Assembly: GCA_965655555.1 (NCBI GenBank)
Contig: CBFHGU010000002.1
Location: forward strand, 232,006 to 296,005
Source of the DNA: an uncultured Aquiluna sp.
GTDB lineage: Bacteria > Actinomycetota > Actinomycetes > Actinomycetales > Microbacteriaceae
DNA: 64,000 bases
Direction: 5' to 3'
The position numbers and the translations under genes are program-made. Of the stretch, positions 12,639-22,231 are shown piece after piece. Every line of letters starts with the position of its first letter. Positions within the stretch are counted from its first letter, which is position 1. A model generated the notes under the pieces. The model was not told the origin of the DNA. It saw only the letters and a program-made list of their open reading frames with translations, and ran no database searches.

Positions 12639-13472
12639 TTAGGCGAGGTCGGCGACGCTTTTGAGCACAAGGTCGGGCTGGTCGGCAAAGATACCATCCA
12701 CGCCAGTCGAGATTAGGCGCTCAAACCACTTCTCAACATTCCCCTCAGCTGTCTCCACCCTGGCCGTGTAGATGTAAACGGGAATGCCTAGTGCTTTGGC
12801 CTTAGGAACGAGGTCCCCAACTAAAACCATTGATATTGCAAGCGAGATTCCGTCGAAGTTCTCTGCGATGCTTTTGAGGTAATTGTCCTCCAGCCCTGCT
12901 GCTTTATCTGGGACAGTGTCGGGAGCAACTAGAAACACGAAGCTGTAGTCAGACCCCAGGTGGCTTTTGAGTTCTTTCAGAAAATCAAACTCGAAAGCCT
13001 CAAATGTGATCCTCATTCCACGTTGTTTCCAATCACTGTCTTCGAGCAGCTGCGCGATGTGCGCGATTGGGTCTAAACCTTGGGATTGTGCGTGGTCACC
13101 ATGCTTGATCTCAATGATCAGGTGCCGGTTGTCAAAGTTAGCGTTAGACAGCACCCGAGCAAGTGTTGGCACGAAGAACTTGCCGTCGTTTGCAGCCGAC
13201 TCTGGCCTGCCGTCGGGATAGCGCTCCTTTGCCCTCAGCCTGACCACATCCTCCAGGTTGATTTCATCAATTCTGGAGGATAGAAAACTGTGGTTTGCTA
13301 TGTCTGTAGTACTGACTAGGTCGATATCGTGGCGAATAACTCCGTGACCGTCTTTCGTGAATACCACATCGAACTCGACCGCGTCTGCGCCCAGTTCAAA
13401 TGCCAATTCCATCGATTCAATGGTGTTTTCGGGCAAATAGCCGCAAGCTCCTCGGTGACCAAAGACCAGCAT
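12639..13472 (-). CDS. Glycerophosphodiester phosphodiesterase family protein
   Basis: HRGACGYLPENT, EFDV, IEIK, GIFAD motifs. Confidence 0.9.
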   Translation of the reverse strand: MLVFGHRGACGYLPENTIESMELAFELGADAVEFDVVFTKDGHGVIRHDIDLVSTTDIANHSFLSSRIDEINLEDVVRLRAKERYPDGRPESAANDGKFFVPTLARVLSNANFDNRHLIIEIKHGDHAQSQGLDPIAHIAQLLEDSDWKQRGMRITFEAFEFDFLKELKSHLGSDYSFVFLVAPDTVPDKAAGLEDNYLKSIAENFDGISLAISMVLVGDLVPKAKALGIPVYIYTARVETAEGNVEKWFERLISTGVDGIFADQPDLVLKSVADLA

Positions 13473-13473
13473 G

Positions 13474-15027
13474 CTACTCCCACTCGATCGTGCCGGGTGG
13501 CTTTGAAGTTATGTCCAACACCACTCGATTCACGTCGTGAACTTCATTGGTAATTCGGTTAGAAATTTTTGCCAGTAAGTCGTATAGGAGCCTAGACCAG
13601 TCAGCGGTCATGGCATCCTCTGAGGAAACCGGACGAAGCACAATTGGATGACCATAGCTTCTGCCGTCGCCCTGAACTCCAACTGACCTTACTTCAGCAA
13701 GCAGCACTACCGGGCACTGCCATATTTCTTGGTCTTTGCCAGCCAGTGAAAGCTCTTCACGAACAATCGCGTCGGCTTGTCTTAGAAGATCTAATCGTTC
13801 CTTTGTTACTTCCCCGACGATTCTGATTCCGAGGCCAGGGCCTGGGAATGGCTGCCTGGAGACTATTTCGTCAGGCAGACCAAGTTCAGACCCGATCGCT
13901 CGAACCTCGTCTTTGAACAGCTCCCTGAGCGGTTCAACTAGTTCAAACTGCAGGTCTTCCGGAAGCCCACCAACGTTGTGGTGGCTCTTGATGCCAGCCG
14001 TTGCACCACCACCGGATTCAACAACGTCAGGATAAAGAGTGCCCTGAACCAGGAACTTAATCGGGGTGTTATCTGCCTCGGCTTCGGCGATCAGCTTTTG
14101 CTCGGCCTTTTCAAAGCTGCGAATGAACTCCCGCCCGATTATCTTTCGTTTTTGCTCGGGGTCGGTGACTCCAGAAAGAGCCTCAAGGAAAATATCCTCG
14201 GCGCTTTCAGTGACAAGGCGAATCCCGGTAGCGGCAACGTAGTCACGCTCAACCTGCTCTTTTTCACCCTCGCGCAAGAGGCCGTGGTCAACAAAGACCG
14301 CGGTCAGCTGGTCACCAACTGCTCGATGAACAAGGGCAGCAGCAACAGCCGAATCGACACCTCCGGAAAGACCGCAAATCACTCGGGCACTTCCAACTTG
14401 TGCACGAATTTTCTCAACCTGCTCGGCGATAACGTTGCCCGAGTTCCAGGTTGGTTCAATGCCGGCACCAACATAAAGGAAGTTCTCCAGAACCTTTTGC
14501 CCCTGTTCGGAGTGCTTTACTTCCGGATGCCACTGAACACCGAAGATTCTTCTATCGGTTGATTCAAAAGCGGCAACCGGGGTCGTAGCTGTCGATGCCA
14601 GGACCTCAAATCCAGCCGGCGCCTTCATGACCTGATCACCATGGCTCATCCAACAAATCTGCTTCAGTGGTTGCCCTTCAAGCAAAGTTCCAACGTCTGA
14701 AACAGCTAAATCAGTCGCGCCATATTCACGCTTGCCAGTTTTATCCACTTGTCCACCAAGGGCATTTGCCAGCACCTGGAACCCGTAGCAAATGCCAAGC
14801 ACTGGAATTCCAAGCTCAAGAATTTTAGGATCGAGCTCTGGCGAACCGGCTTCATAAACGCTGGATGGCCCGCCGGACAAAATAATCGCGGCCGGCTGCT
14901 TTTCAAGAATCTCTGCCGCCGTGACTGTGTGATGAACAATCTCAGAGTAGACATTTGCCTCTCTGACTCTTCTTGCAATGAGCTGCGCATATTGAGCCCC
15001 AAAATCAACGACTAATACCGGCTTCAA
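13474..15027 (-). CDS. guaA: GMP synthase (glutamine-hydrolysing)
   Basis: [35 protein letters not shown]. Confidence 0.98.
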   Translation of the reverse strand: MKPVLVVDFGAQYAQLIARRVREANVYSEIVHHTVTAAEILEKQPAAIILSGGPSSVYEAGSPELDPKILELGIPVLGICYGFQVLANALGGQVDKTGKREYGATDLAVSDVGTLLEGQPLKQICWMSHGDQVMKAPAGFEVLASTATTPVAAFESTDRRIFGVQWHPEVKHSEQGQKVLENFLYVGAGIEPTWNSGNVIAEQVEKIRAQVGSARVICGLSGGVDSAVAAALVHRAVGDQLTAVFVDHGLLREGEKEQVERDYVAATGIRLVTESAEDIFLEALSGVTDPEQKRKIIGREFIRSFEKAEQKLIAEAEADNTPIKFLVQGTLYPDVVESGGGATAGIKSHHNVGGLPEDLQFELVEPLRELFKDEVRAIGSELGLPDEIVSRQPFPGPGLGIRIVGEVTKERLDLLRQADAIVREELSLAGKDQEIWQCPVVLLAEVRSVGVQGDGRSYGHPIVLRPVSSEDAMTADWSRLLYDLLAKISNRITNEVHDVNRVVLDITSKPPGTIEWE

Positions 15028-15461
15028 TTCTTGGCCTCTAACTCTGCAATCTCGTCATGCGCGATTTTGGCGTAGCGATTCTCGGTTATGAAGCTCAATA
15101 GTGGAACGACTCCCCCGAGTGCGATGAGCAGGAATCTAGTAAACGACCAGCGCATAAGAGTCCAAACTCTGAAGTCTGCAAAGAGGTAAACCACATAGAG
15201 CCAGCCGTGGATAATCAAAATCCAGACAGTTAGGTTGAAGCCGGCATCGGGAAGACCCTCACCGTCAATTCCATACTGCTCGAAGGTCAAGAAACCATTG
15301 GGTCCAAGGAGCCAAAGATCGAACCCCAAAAATGGCAATCTTCTTATGCCCCAGGTCACCATCAGCAACAACAGGAATACACCCGTGATGTTGGATGAGA
15401 CTTTATAAAACTTGAGAACTTTTTTTATTTGGGGTAGCTGCGTTGGATTCAGACCTGACAT
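15024..15461 (-). CDS. DUF3817 membrane protein
   Basis: HGWLYVVYL and GGVVPLLSF motifs. Lies immediately upstream of guaA. Confidence 0.8.
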   Translation of the reverse strand: MSGLNPTQLPQIKKVLKFYKVSSNITGVFLLLLMVTWGIRRLPFLGFDLWLLGPNGFLTFEQYGIDGEGLPDAGFNLTVWILIIHGWLYVVYLFADFRVWTLMRWSFTRFLLIALGGVVPLLSFITENRYAKIAHDEIAELEAKN

Positions 15462-15471
15462 GCTCTCAAGT

Positions 15472-17103
15472 TTAGTTCTCTGAAATACCGCTGAGAACCT
15501 TCAAGGCGTTTGCCTTTGCGCCCTCGGCGCTTGACGCTTCAAGCGCCGCACCCAGCACCTCTTTTGCTTGCCCAATGGTTACTGCACTGAGAGCTTCTCG
15601 CACTGCGCCAACCTGTGATCTAGAGGATGACACCGAATCAAAGCCCATGCCAGCAAGTAGCACCGCAAATGCCGGATCTGATGCGCTCTCACCACATACG
15701 CCCGAATAGATGCCTGCTGCCGCACAGGATTCTGAAATCTGCTTTAGTGCCCCAATCAGTGCGGGCTGCCAGGGATTCAGCATCCCTCCCAGCGCCGGAT
15801 TCATTCGGTCTGCCGCAAATAGGTACTGCGAGAGGTCATTGGTCCCAACCGATATAAAGTCAAGCTTGCCCTCGAGTGAAAGAAGCTCATAAACGATGCT
15901 TGGCGTCTCGACCATGACGCCAACCTTAAAGTTGCCTGCCGACCTCGCCAATTGAGCAAACTCGATTGCCTCTGTGGCGGTTGCAATCATTGGCGCCATG
16001 ACCCAGACTTCTCGCCCGGATGCTTCTCGAGCTAATTCCAAACTTTCAAGCTGGTCAACAATAAAGCCTCGGTGGTTCTCAATTAGTCGGTAGCCGCGAA
16101 CCCCAAGTGCCGGATTCTCTTCGTGCCCCATATCCAGAAATGGCACCGGCTTATCGCTACCTGCGTCAATGGTCCTGACAACTATCGGTCCTTGCGGAGC
16201 GGCCCTCAGAATCTCTTCATAGGCTTTAGCTTGGGCGTCCCTGGTTGGCTGCGTTTTTGCCGACAGGTAAAGGAGTTCGGTTCTGAATAGCCCAACACCC
16301 TCAGCCGCCGATGCGCTGGCGGCGATGGCATCCTCGAGAGAGCCGATGTTGGCCCGCACTGGAATCAGCGGATCGTTACTCTTGGCAATAAAAGTCAGGG
16401 GCTTTGTTACATCTGACTCTTTACCTTCGACCACAACCCTGTCTCCAACGGGGTCAACCAAGACCTTCATCCCGTCAACTAACTCTGCAGCCTTGGCACA
16501 GGACACCACCGCTGGAATTGACTTAGAGCGACAGATGATTGCAGTGTGGGAGGTCGGGCCACCTTGGATTGTCACCACGCCTACAACCGCCGAAGTGAAC
16601 TGCGCGGTGTCAGCTGGAGAAAAGTCCTCACCAACTATGACAAATTCGCCCGAGGTCGGTAGATCCAGCCCCAGCGAAATTCCCGCTATGTTCGCCGCTA
16701 CGCGTCTGGCTAGGTCTCTAATATCTGCCAAGCGCTCTTCGAAGGCTGCATCTCCAGAAAGCAATTCTGCAAACTCTTCTACTGCTCGAATAAATGAAGT
16801 ACCAGCATCCCAGCCGTCCTCAATTTGGATCACAGCAGTATCAAATAGATCCTCGTCTTCCAACAGCATGTTCAGTGCTTCAAAGATCTCGGCAGAGGTT
16901 TCACCTGCGGAAGCCGCCAACTCATTCATTTCTCCTGCGACAGCGCCAATTGCTGATTTCAACTTTTCAGCCTCCGCTTGAGCGTCGCCCGTGTGTTTTG
17001 ACGCATCTGGTAGCGCGCTTGCTGGCTTTACGCGAAACACTTCAGCCGTGACTGCGCTCAGTCCGACGCCCATACCGCTGAGGATTGTGCCGCTGGTTAG
17101 CAA
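15472..17103 (-). CDS. ptsI: PTS enzyme I (PEP-protein phosphotransferase)
   Basis: Phospho-His motif GGPTSHTAI, GLFRTE, NPALGVRG, GTNDLSQY, GVCGE. Confidence 0.95.
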   Translation of the reverse strand: MLTSGTILSGMGVGLSAVTAEVFRVKPASALPDASKHTGDAQAEAEKLKSAIGAVAGEMNELAASAGETSAEIFEALNMLLEDEDLFDTAVIQIEDGWDAGTSFIRAVEEFAELLSGDAAFEERLADIRDLARRVAANIAGISLGLDLPTSGEFVIVGEDFSPADTAQFTSAVVGVVTIQGGPTSHTAIICRSKSIPAVVSCAKAAELVDGMKVLVDPVGDRVVVEGKESDVTKPLTFIAKSNDPLIPVRANIGSLEDAIAASASAAEGVGLFRTELLYLSAKTQPTRDAQAKAYEEILRAAPQGPIVVRTIDAGSDKPVPFLDMGHEENPALGVRGYRLIENHRGFIVDQLESLELAREASGREVWVMAPMIATATEAIEFAQLARSAGNFKVGVMVETPSIVYELLSLEGKLDFISVGTNDLSQYLFAADRMNPALGGMLNPWQPALIGALKQISESCAAAGIYSGVCGESASDPAFAVLLAGMGFDSVSSSRSQVGAVREALSAVTIGQAKEVLGAALEASSAEGAKANALKVLSGISEN

Positions 17104-17105
17104 AG

Positions 17106-17375
17106 TTAGCCCTTCAGGAATTCTTGAACCTGGGAAATGATGTCATTTGCCACCGCTTCATCATCCGAGTCAACTTCGATTAGAAGCTCTTCTCCGGTTT
17201 TAGCCTTCATGGCCATCATTCGCAAAGGTGAGTTTGCCTTTACTAGGTCTTGGCCCGGCTTGCCCATTCGAACCTCGAGCCCAGACTCCTTGACAAGCTT
17301 CACGATCTGTCCAGCAGGCCTAGCATGAAGGCCAATCGGATCATGGATTGTGACTGTGCTTGCGATGGTTGCCAT
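17106..17375 (-). CDS. ptsH: HPr phosphocarrier protein
   Basis: GLHARPA motif, 89 aa, adjacent to ptsI. Confidence 0.92.
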   Translation of the reverse strand: MATIASTVTIHDPIGLHARPAGQIVKLVKESGLEVRMGKPGQDLVKANSPLRMMAMKAKTGEELLIEVDSDDEAVANDIISQVQEFLKG

Positions 17376-17439
17376 TATTTGTTCTCCTCGGGTGTCTATT
17401 TTTGGGAAAGTCTAATCTTGCGTTGATACACGGCCTTTT

Positions 17440-18582
17440 TTACTTACGACTGAAGCTTCTCTGGTGCTCTGAGACTCTGGAATGTAGCTTTTCTGCCAGT
17501 GGATGGTCAGAATCGATGCCGCAAATATCCGCAGCAAACTCCTCAGCCGACAGTGTCGATAGTTTCGTCTTCAGCAGTGCTACCTCCGGATCATCCGAGT
17601 TCACAAAATCTAAAGCTGCGTCGACTACCTCTAATAGCGCGGTTGGTTCCTCCCCGTCTTCCGCCAACAGTGCTGCCGGCCCAATGACCCTCTCGTGTCT
17701 GGAAAGCTTACGAATCGGTTGGCGACCTACCCTTTCAACCTCGTCGTCGAGTGCTGGATTTGCAAGCCGAAGCAAAGTCTTTTTCACGTATTCGGCATGC
17801 TCGGTGCTGTCGAGATTGTGCTTGGTCACAAGGGCCATTGAGGTTTCTTCCATAACCCTCGCCACGACATCGCGAACAATCGGATCGGTCAAAGCACTGG
17901 ATATCGTCTTGTGCCCATGACGTTGACCCAAATACGCAATGGTCAAGTGGGCGGTGTTCACGGTGTAGAGCTTTCTTTCAATGAACGGGGCTAAGTCTTG
18001 AACCATTGTTGCTGCAGGAATCTGCAAGTCAACGCCACCTAGCTTGCTGATATCGATTACCCACTCACAAAAACTCTCGGCAACCACATCAGGCTCAGTT
18101 CCCGTTGGCTGCATTGGGACAATTCGGTCTACTGCAGTGTTTGCAAAATAAGCCCCCTCGGGAATGGTGCCCAACAGCTCGGTGATCTTGTGCTTCAAAA
18201 TGTCCGTCGCGTTGATTGCATTCTCACAAGCCATGATCACAAGAGGATTTTTGGAATTCCTAGAATCAATCCCCTTCGCAATAACAGGTGCGATAAACGG
18301 CAAAATATTCGCTCCGACGGAAGCCGTCACGACATCAGCCGAACCAATTTCCTCAATCAGTTCACCCTCTTGCAATGACGAGTTAAGTACTGCAAAATTT
18401 TTGTACTCAGTTGTCTTCTCGATTTCGTCGAGTTCAATTAGGGAGTACTTCTTGGCCTGGTGTAGCTGGTCAATAAGTTGCTGATTTACATCAGCAAAAG
18501 TGACGAAATATCCGGAGTCTTGCAGCACAGCGCCGATAAAACCTCGGCCGATGTTTCCAGCACCGAAGTGGACTGCCCGCAT
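17440..18582 (-). CDS. mtlD: Mannitol-1-phosphate 5-dehydrogenase family
   Basis: AVHFGAGNIGRGFIG, AVDRIVP, ERKLYTVNTAH, RVGRQPIRKL. Confidence 0.9.
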   Translation of the reverse strand: MRAVHFGAGNIGRGFIGAVLQDSGYFVTFADVNQQLIDQLHQAKKYSLIELDEIEKTTEYKNFAVLNSSLQEGELIEEIGSADVVTASVGANILPFIAPVIAKGIDSRNSKNPLVIMACENAINATDILKHKITELLGTIPEGAYFANTAVDRIVPMQPTGTEPDVVAESFCEWVIDISKLGGVDLQIPAATMVQDLAPFIERKLYTVNTAHLTIAYLGQRHGHKTISSALTDPIVRDVVARVMEETSMALVTKHNLDSTEHAEYVKKTLLRLANPALDDEVERVGRQPIRKLSRHERVIGPAALLAEDGEEPTALLEVVDAALDFVNSDDPEVALLKTKLSTLSAEEFAADICGIDSDHPLAEKLHSRVSEHQRSFSRK

Positions 18583-18614
18583 GCTTCTACCTCTCTACAA
18601 AAAACTGCCGAGTG

Positions 18615-19064
18615 CTACTCGGTTGCTGTTCCCATTAGCAGTTCAACAATTTCCTCAGCACTCTGAGAATTCTGCAAAATAGCCAGCTTTTCTTCTTCTT
18701 GGATCAGCTCCGCTAAGTTGCCCAGCAACTCAACGTGTCCGTCGCCCTGGGATGCAATGCCAAGCACACAAGAAACCTTGTCGTCAGCCCAGTCGATTTC
18801 TTCAGCAAGCCTTATGAAGACCAGCTGGTCAAACACAACATGTGCTCTTGATTCATCTGTGCCGTGGGGAATAGCAAAGCCTAGCCCGATTGCAGAAGGG
18901 AAAATTTGCTCTCTTTCCCACATCGCTTCAGCGTAGGCCTGCGTGGTGGCACCTAGTTCTACGAGCAGTTTGCCGGCGATGTGCACAGCCTCCTCCGGAG
19001 AGGAGGCTGTGACATCTAGCTTTATACCGGCCTGTTGGATGAGATTAGTCATCGCTAATGTCAT
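18615..19064 (-). CDS. PTS IIA component (mannitol/fructose family)
   Basis: AIPHGT phospho-His motif. An alternative ATG start lies at 19052. Confidence 0.9.
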   Translation of the reverse strand: MTLAMTNLIQQAGIKLDVTASSPEEAVHIAGKLLVELGATTQAYAEAMWEREQIFPSAIGLGFAIPHGTDESRAHVVFDQLVFIRLAEEIDWADDKVSCVLGIASQGDGHVELLGNLAELIQEEEKLAILQNSQSAEEIVELLMGTATE

Positions 19065-19359
19065 CGCCTGACTGAATGCGCGCCACTACCTCGGCGATAC
19101 GAAGATCGCCCAGGAACATGTCGAACATAATTACCACAGATCCAGGCACCGCTTGCTTAGCCCTGGAGCCAAGTCCGCGGTGGCAGAGCACAAGATCGTG
19201 TGGCGTTTCAGCCAATTGGTTAACAGGAGAGTGAGACACCGCGACCCCTTGGGCCTTTAGTTGCTTAGCAAGCTGCTTTGCAACCATTACCGATGAACCC
19301 ATTCCAGCCTCGCAAGCAACAACAATGTTCTTGACGGAGGCGCCAGATACAGTCGCCAT
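19045..19359 (-). CDS. PTS IIB component (mannitol family)
   Basis: VVACEAGMGSS phospho-Cys loop. Confidence 0.9.
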   Translation of the reverse strand: MATVSGASVKNIVVACEAGMGSSVMVAKQLAKQLKAQGVAVSHSPVNQLAETPHDLVLCHRGLGSRAKQAVPGSVVIMFDMFLGDLRIAEVVARIQSGDDISDD

Positions 19360-19361
19360 GA

Positions 19362-20480
19362 TTAGTTCGCTGTTCCTGACTTCATTTCAGCACTCTTTGC
19401 CTTAGCAGCATCGAGATCTGCAGCGTCATCTCCTGAGCGTGTGGCCTTCAGGATGAAGAATGCAACTACGAATGAAACAACAGCAGACAACAAGATTCCT
19501 AGCAAGACACCGAAGTGGTTTCCTGGAGGGGTCATTGTCATGTAAGCGAAGATCGATCCTGGTGACGGTGTAGCGACAAGGCCAACACCGGTAGCCGCGA
19601 ATGTAGCAACACCAGTTGCACCACCGGCAATCGCTGCAAGAACAACGATTGGCTTAAGTAGTACATATGGGAAGTAGATTTCGTGGATTCCACCAAGGAA
19701 GTGAATAACAATCGCACCTGGAGCTGAACCGCGAAGAAGCTTCGGTCCTGCAAGCCAGAAAGCAACGAGTAGTCCAAGACCTGGTCCTGGGTTTGACTCG
19801 AGCATGAACATGATTGACTTGCCGGTCTCTTCGGCTTCAACTGCACCAATTGGAGCGAGCACACCGAAGTTAATGGCGTTGTTCAAGAACAGGATCTTTG
19901 CTGGCTCAATCAAGATTGAAGCAAGTGGCAAGAAGCCTGTGTCAACCAGTACCTTCACACCGTTTCCAAGAACATCGGAAATGGAGTTAACAGCTGGGCC
20001 GATTCCTAGGTATCCAAGGATTGCCATTAGCATTCCGGAAATACCGAGTGAGAAGTTACCAATCAACATCTCGAAGCCAGTTGGTGTAACTGGGTCAAGT
20101 ACAGCGTCGATCTTCTTCAATACCCAAGCTGCCAATGGACCAATAAGCATGGCACCAAGGAACATAGGAATTGAGGTTCCAACAATCACACCAACGGTTG
20201 CGATGGAACCGATAACGGCACCGCGCTGTCCGTGAACCAAACGTCCACCGGTGTAACCGATGAGGATTGGCAATAGGTTGATGATCATTGGACCAACCAT
20301 CTCGCTTAGCTGCTCATTTGGCAGCCAGCCAGTTGGAATGAACAAAGCAGTTAGCAAGCCCCAGGCGATAAATGCGCCGATGTTCGGGATGACCATTCCT
20401 GCTAGATTGCCGCCGACCTTCTGTACAGAAGCTCGCCAGCCCGAGTGACCTCCGTCACCGGTTGGGATAAAGTTAGCCAT
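19362..20480 (-). CDS. mtlA: PTS IIC permease (MtlA/CmtA family), stand-alone
   Basis: PNIGAFIAWG, ALFIPTGWLPN, EPAKILFLNNAIN, ESNPGPG, HFLGGIHEIYFPYVL. Confidence 0.88.
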   Translation of the reverse strand: MANFIPTGDGGHSGWRASVQKVGGNLAGMVIPNIGAFIAWGLLTALFIPTGWLPNEQLSEMVGPMIINLLPILIGYTGGRLVHGQRGAVIGSIATVGVIVGTSIPMFLGAMLIGPLAAWVLKKIDAVLDPVTPTGFEMLIGNFSLGISGMLMAILGYLGIGPAVNSISDVLGNGVKVLVDTGFLPLASILIEPAKILFLNNAINFGVLAPIGAVEAEETGKSIMFMLESNPGPGLGLLVAFWLAGPKLLRGSAPGAIVIHFLGGIHEIYFPYVLLKPIVVLAAIAGGATGVATFAATGVGLVATPSPGSIFAYMTMTPPGNHFGVLLGILLSAVVSFVVAFFILKATRSGDDAADLDAAKAKSAEMKSGTAN

Positions 20481-20508
20481 GGGTACTACCTTCCTAATTA
20501 GGGGTTGT

Positions 20509-20525
20509 GTTTCCTATTTGGAAAC
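20509..20525. promoter_or_regulatory. Inverted repeat GTTTCC-N5-GGAAAC upstream of mtlA, candidate DeoR operator
   Basis: Perfect 6-bp arms lying 29-45 nt upstream of the IIC start codon. Confidence 0.4.
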
Positions 20526-20605
20526 TTCTGAACAACTCACTTGCAGGCAAGCTGTTCATAGGATTCCGCTTGTTTCCCACTGACTCGGCAAAAAGCCAGC
20601 GAAAC

Positions 20606-21370
20606 TTAGTTTTGGGCAAGAGCAATCTCCACCCCGCTTTCCGATAAAGCATCAGTGAATGAATCATCAACATCGATGTTCGTCACAATGCGATCGAAAC
20701 CAGAAAAACTTGCAAATCTCGCAGGGTAAGTCGATCCGAACTTTCCACTGTCAACCATGAGAATTCGCTCCTGCGAATTGGCCATCATGGTCTTTTTCAC
20801 AAGGGCTTCGTCGGTGTCAAAAGCGGTGGCTCCCGCCTCCAAAGAAAAACCGTTCGCCCCGATGAAGCTCACCACGGCATTCAAGTCTCGAAGGTCATCG
20901 CAGGTCTTAGCGCCAACGGCACTAAGAGTTGCCGGTCGAATTTTGCCGCCAAGCAAATAAGTCTGGGTTGAAGAGTCCGCAATCTTGCCGGCAAGGGTCA
21001 GGTTGTTAGTGACAACCAACAACCCTGGCTTATTCATCAAATGAGGTGCAAGGCACTCCGTGGTGGTTCCACCATCTACAAAAATGCAACCCTCGTCGGG
21101 AATGAAAGCGGCAGCAACATCTGCCACTGAACGTTTTCTGGTTGGGTTCTGGTTGTAGCGCTCCGGGATTGTGTATTCGTGAGCAAATCTCTCAAGAGCG
21201 ATAGCTCCGCCATGAACCCGCCTGAGTACACCCCTTCGCTGAAGGACGTCTAGGTCTCTTCTAACTGTTTCTACTGCAACATCTAGTGTGTTAGCCGCAA
21301 TGTTTGCATCAAGGCGGCCTTCGACGCGAGTCCACTCGCTGAGCTTCAACCTGCGCTCTTCTGCCAACAT
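20606..21370 (-). CDS. DeoR/GlpR family transcriptional regulator
   Basis: HTH VETVRRDL...HGGA and the DGGTT sugar-phosphate-sensing domain. Confidence 0.93.
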   Translation of the reverse strand: MLAEERRLKLSEWTRVEGRLDANIAANTLDVAVETVRRDLDVLQRRGVLRRVHGGAIALERFAHEYTIPERYNQNPTRKRSVADVAAAFIPDEGCIFVDGGTTTECLAPHLMNKPGLLVVTNNLTLAGKIADSSTQTYLLGGKIRPATLSAVGAKTCDDLRDLNAVVSFIGANGFSLEAGATAFDTDEALVKKTMMANSQERILMVDSGKFGSTYPARFASFSGFDRIVTNIDVDDSFTDALSESGVEIALAQN

Positions 21371-21484
21371 CCTTGTTGCCTCCGAAACTGTTTGAATTGT
21401 CTGGTGTTACGCAAAATTAGCAGGCATTTCACACTAAAAGCCACTCAAACGGGCAAAAAACGACACAATAAGGTAACGATTGGG

Positions 21485-22231
21485 TTACGCAGCCAGCCGG
21501 TTTCTTTCGTCTTGCACCAGTCGCCACCACAGATAGAAGGAAACCAGAGCAAAGAAAGCCCACTCGAGCGCATAGAAAGCGGTCAACCAATTCACCTCAA
21601 CCGCTTCACTCCTGATGTCGATCGCAATCTTTTCGGAATCGAGATCAAGCCCCTCACTGACAATCAGGTAAATAGGAAAACTTACAATCGGCTCTGCGCT
21701 ATAGAGGTTCACAAGCTGGGCCAGCGAAACTGATCCGAGAATGCCCGACTCATCGAGCATCTCAGGCGCTTCACTCGGCTCGACGTAGCCGGTGATCTGA
21801 AAATCGGTTGCAACTAATTCACTTCTAATTTTTTGGAGGGCTTCGATGTCTTCTGAAAAGGCAAGAGCCAGAGTTAAGCTAACCGCCTCACCACTGACCT
21901 CGGTAAAGGAGTTACCGATTAGCCAATACCCAGCGACCAATGAGTCCCCATGAACCTGGAGGCGGTCCTTGACGATAAAAATCTTTGTTGGGTCGAGGGT
22001 GACTTCAACTTGAGCCAGCCTGTCGAATGAGCCAGGCTCAATGCGACCCGGTCCGGCAAGTTCGGCTATTGGCACTGGAGCCAATTCTTCCTGGCTAACT
22101 CCAACGACGCTAAAAGTTCTGGCGAGCTGCCACTGCATCAACAAAGAGAATGTGACGGCCACGAGCGCCGCGATAGCCAGACCTCCAACCCATTTGGGTT
22201 TTCTGGCGACCGAAAAGAAGCTTGGTTTCAT
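21485..22231 (-). CDS. SURF1-like membrane protein
   Basis: N-terminal TM plus QWQL motif, C-terminal NWLTAFYALEWAFFA. Confidence 0.7.
   Translation of the reverse strand: MKPSFFSVARKPKWVGGLAIAALVAVTFSLLMQWQLARTFSVVGVSQEELAPVPIAELAGPGRIEPGSFDRLAQVEVTLDPTKIFIVKDRLQVHGDSLVAGYWLIGNSFTEVSGEAVSLTLALAFSEDIEALQKIRSELVATDFQITGYVEPSEAPEMLDESGILGSVSLAQLVNLYSAEPIVSFPIYLIVSEGLDLDSEKIAIDIRSEAVEVNWLTAFYALEWAFFALVSFYLWWRLVQDERNRLAA

Noticed and set aside
21371-21386. GTTGCCTCCGAAA shared by the DeoR and fusA upstream regions
   Set aside because: Both copies are centred on the GGAGG Shine-Dalgarno sequence, which explains most of the match.
15462-21484. PTS block as a mobile element or genomic island with att sites
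   Set aside because: No integrase, transposase, tRNA target or direct repeats at either edge, and no obvious composition shift.
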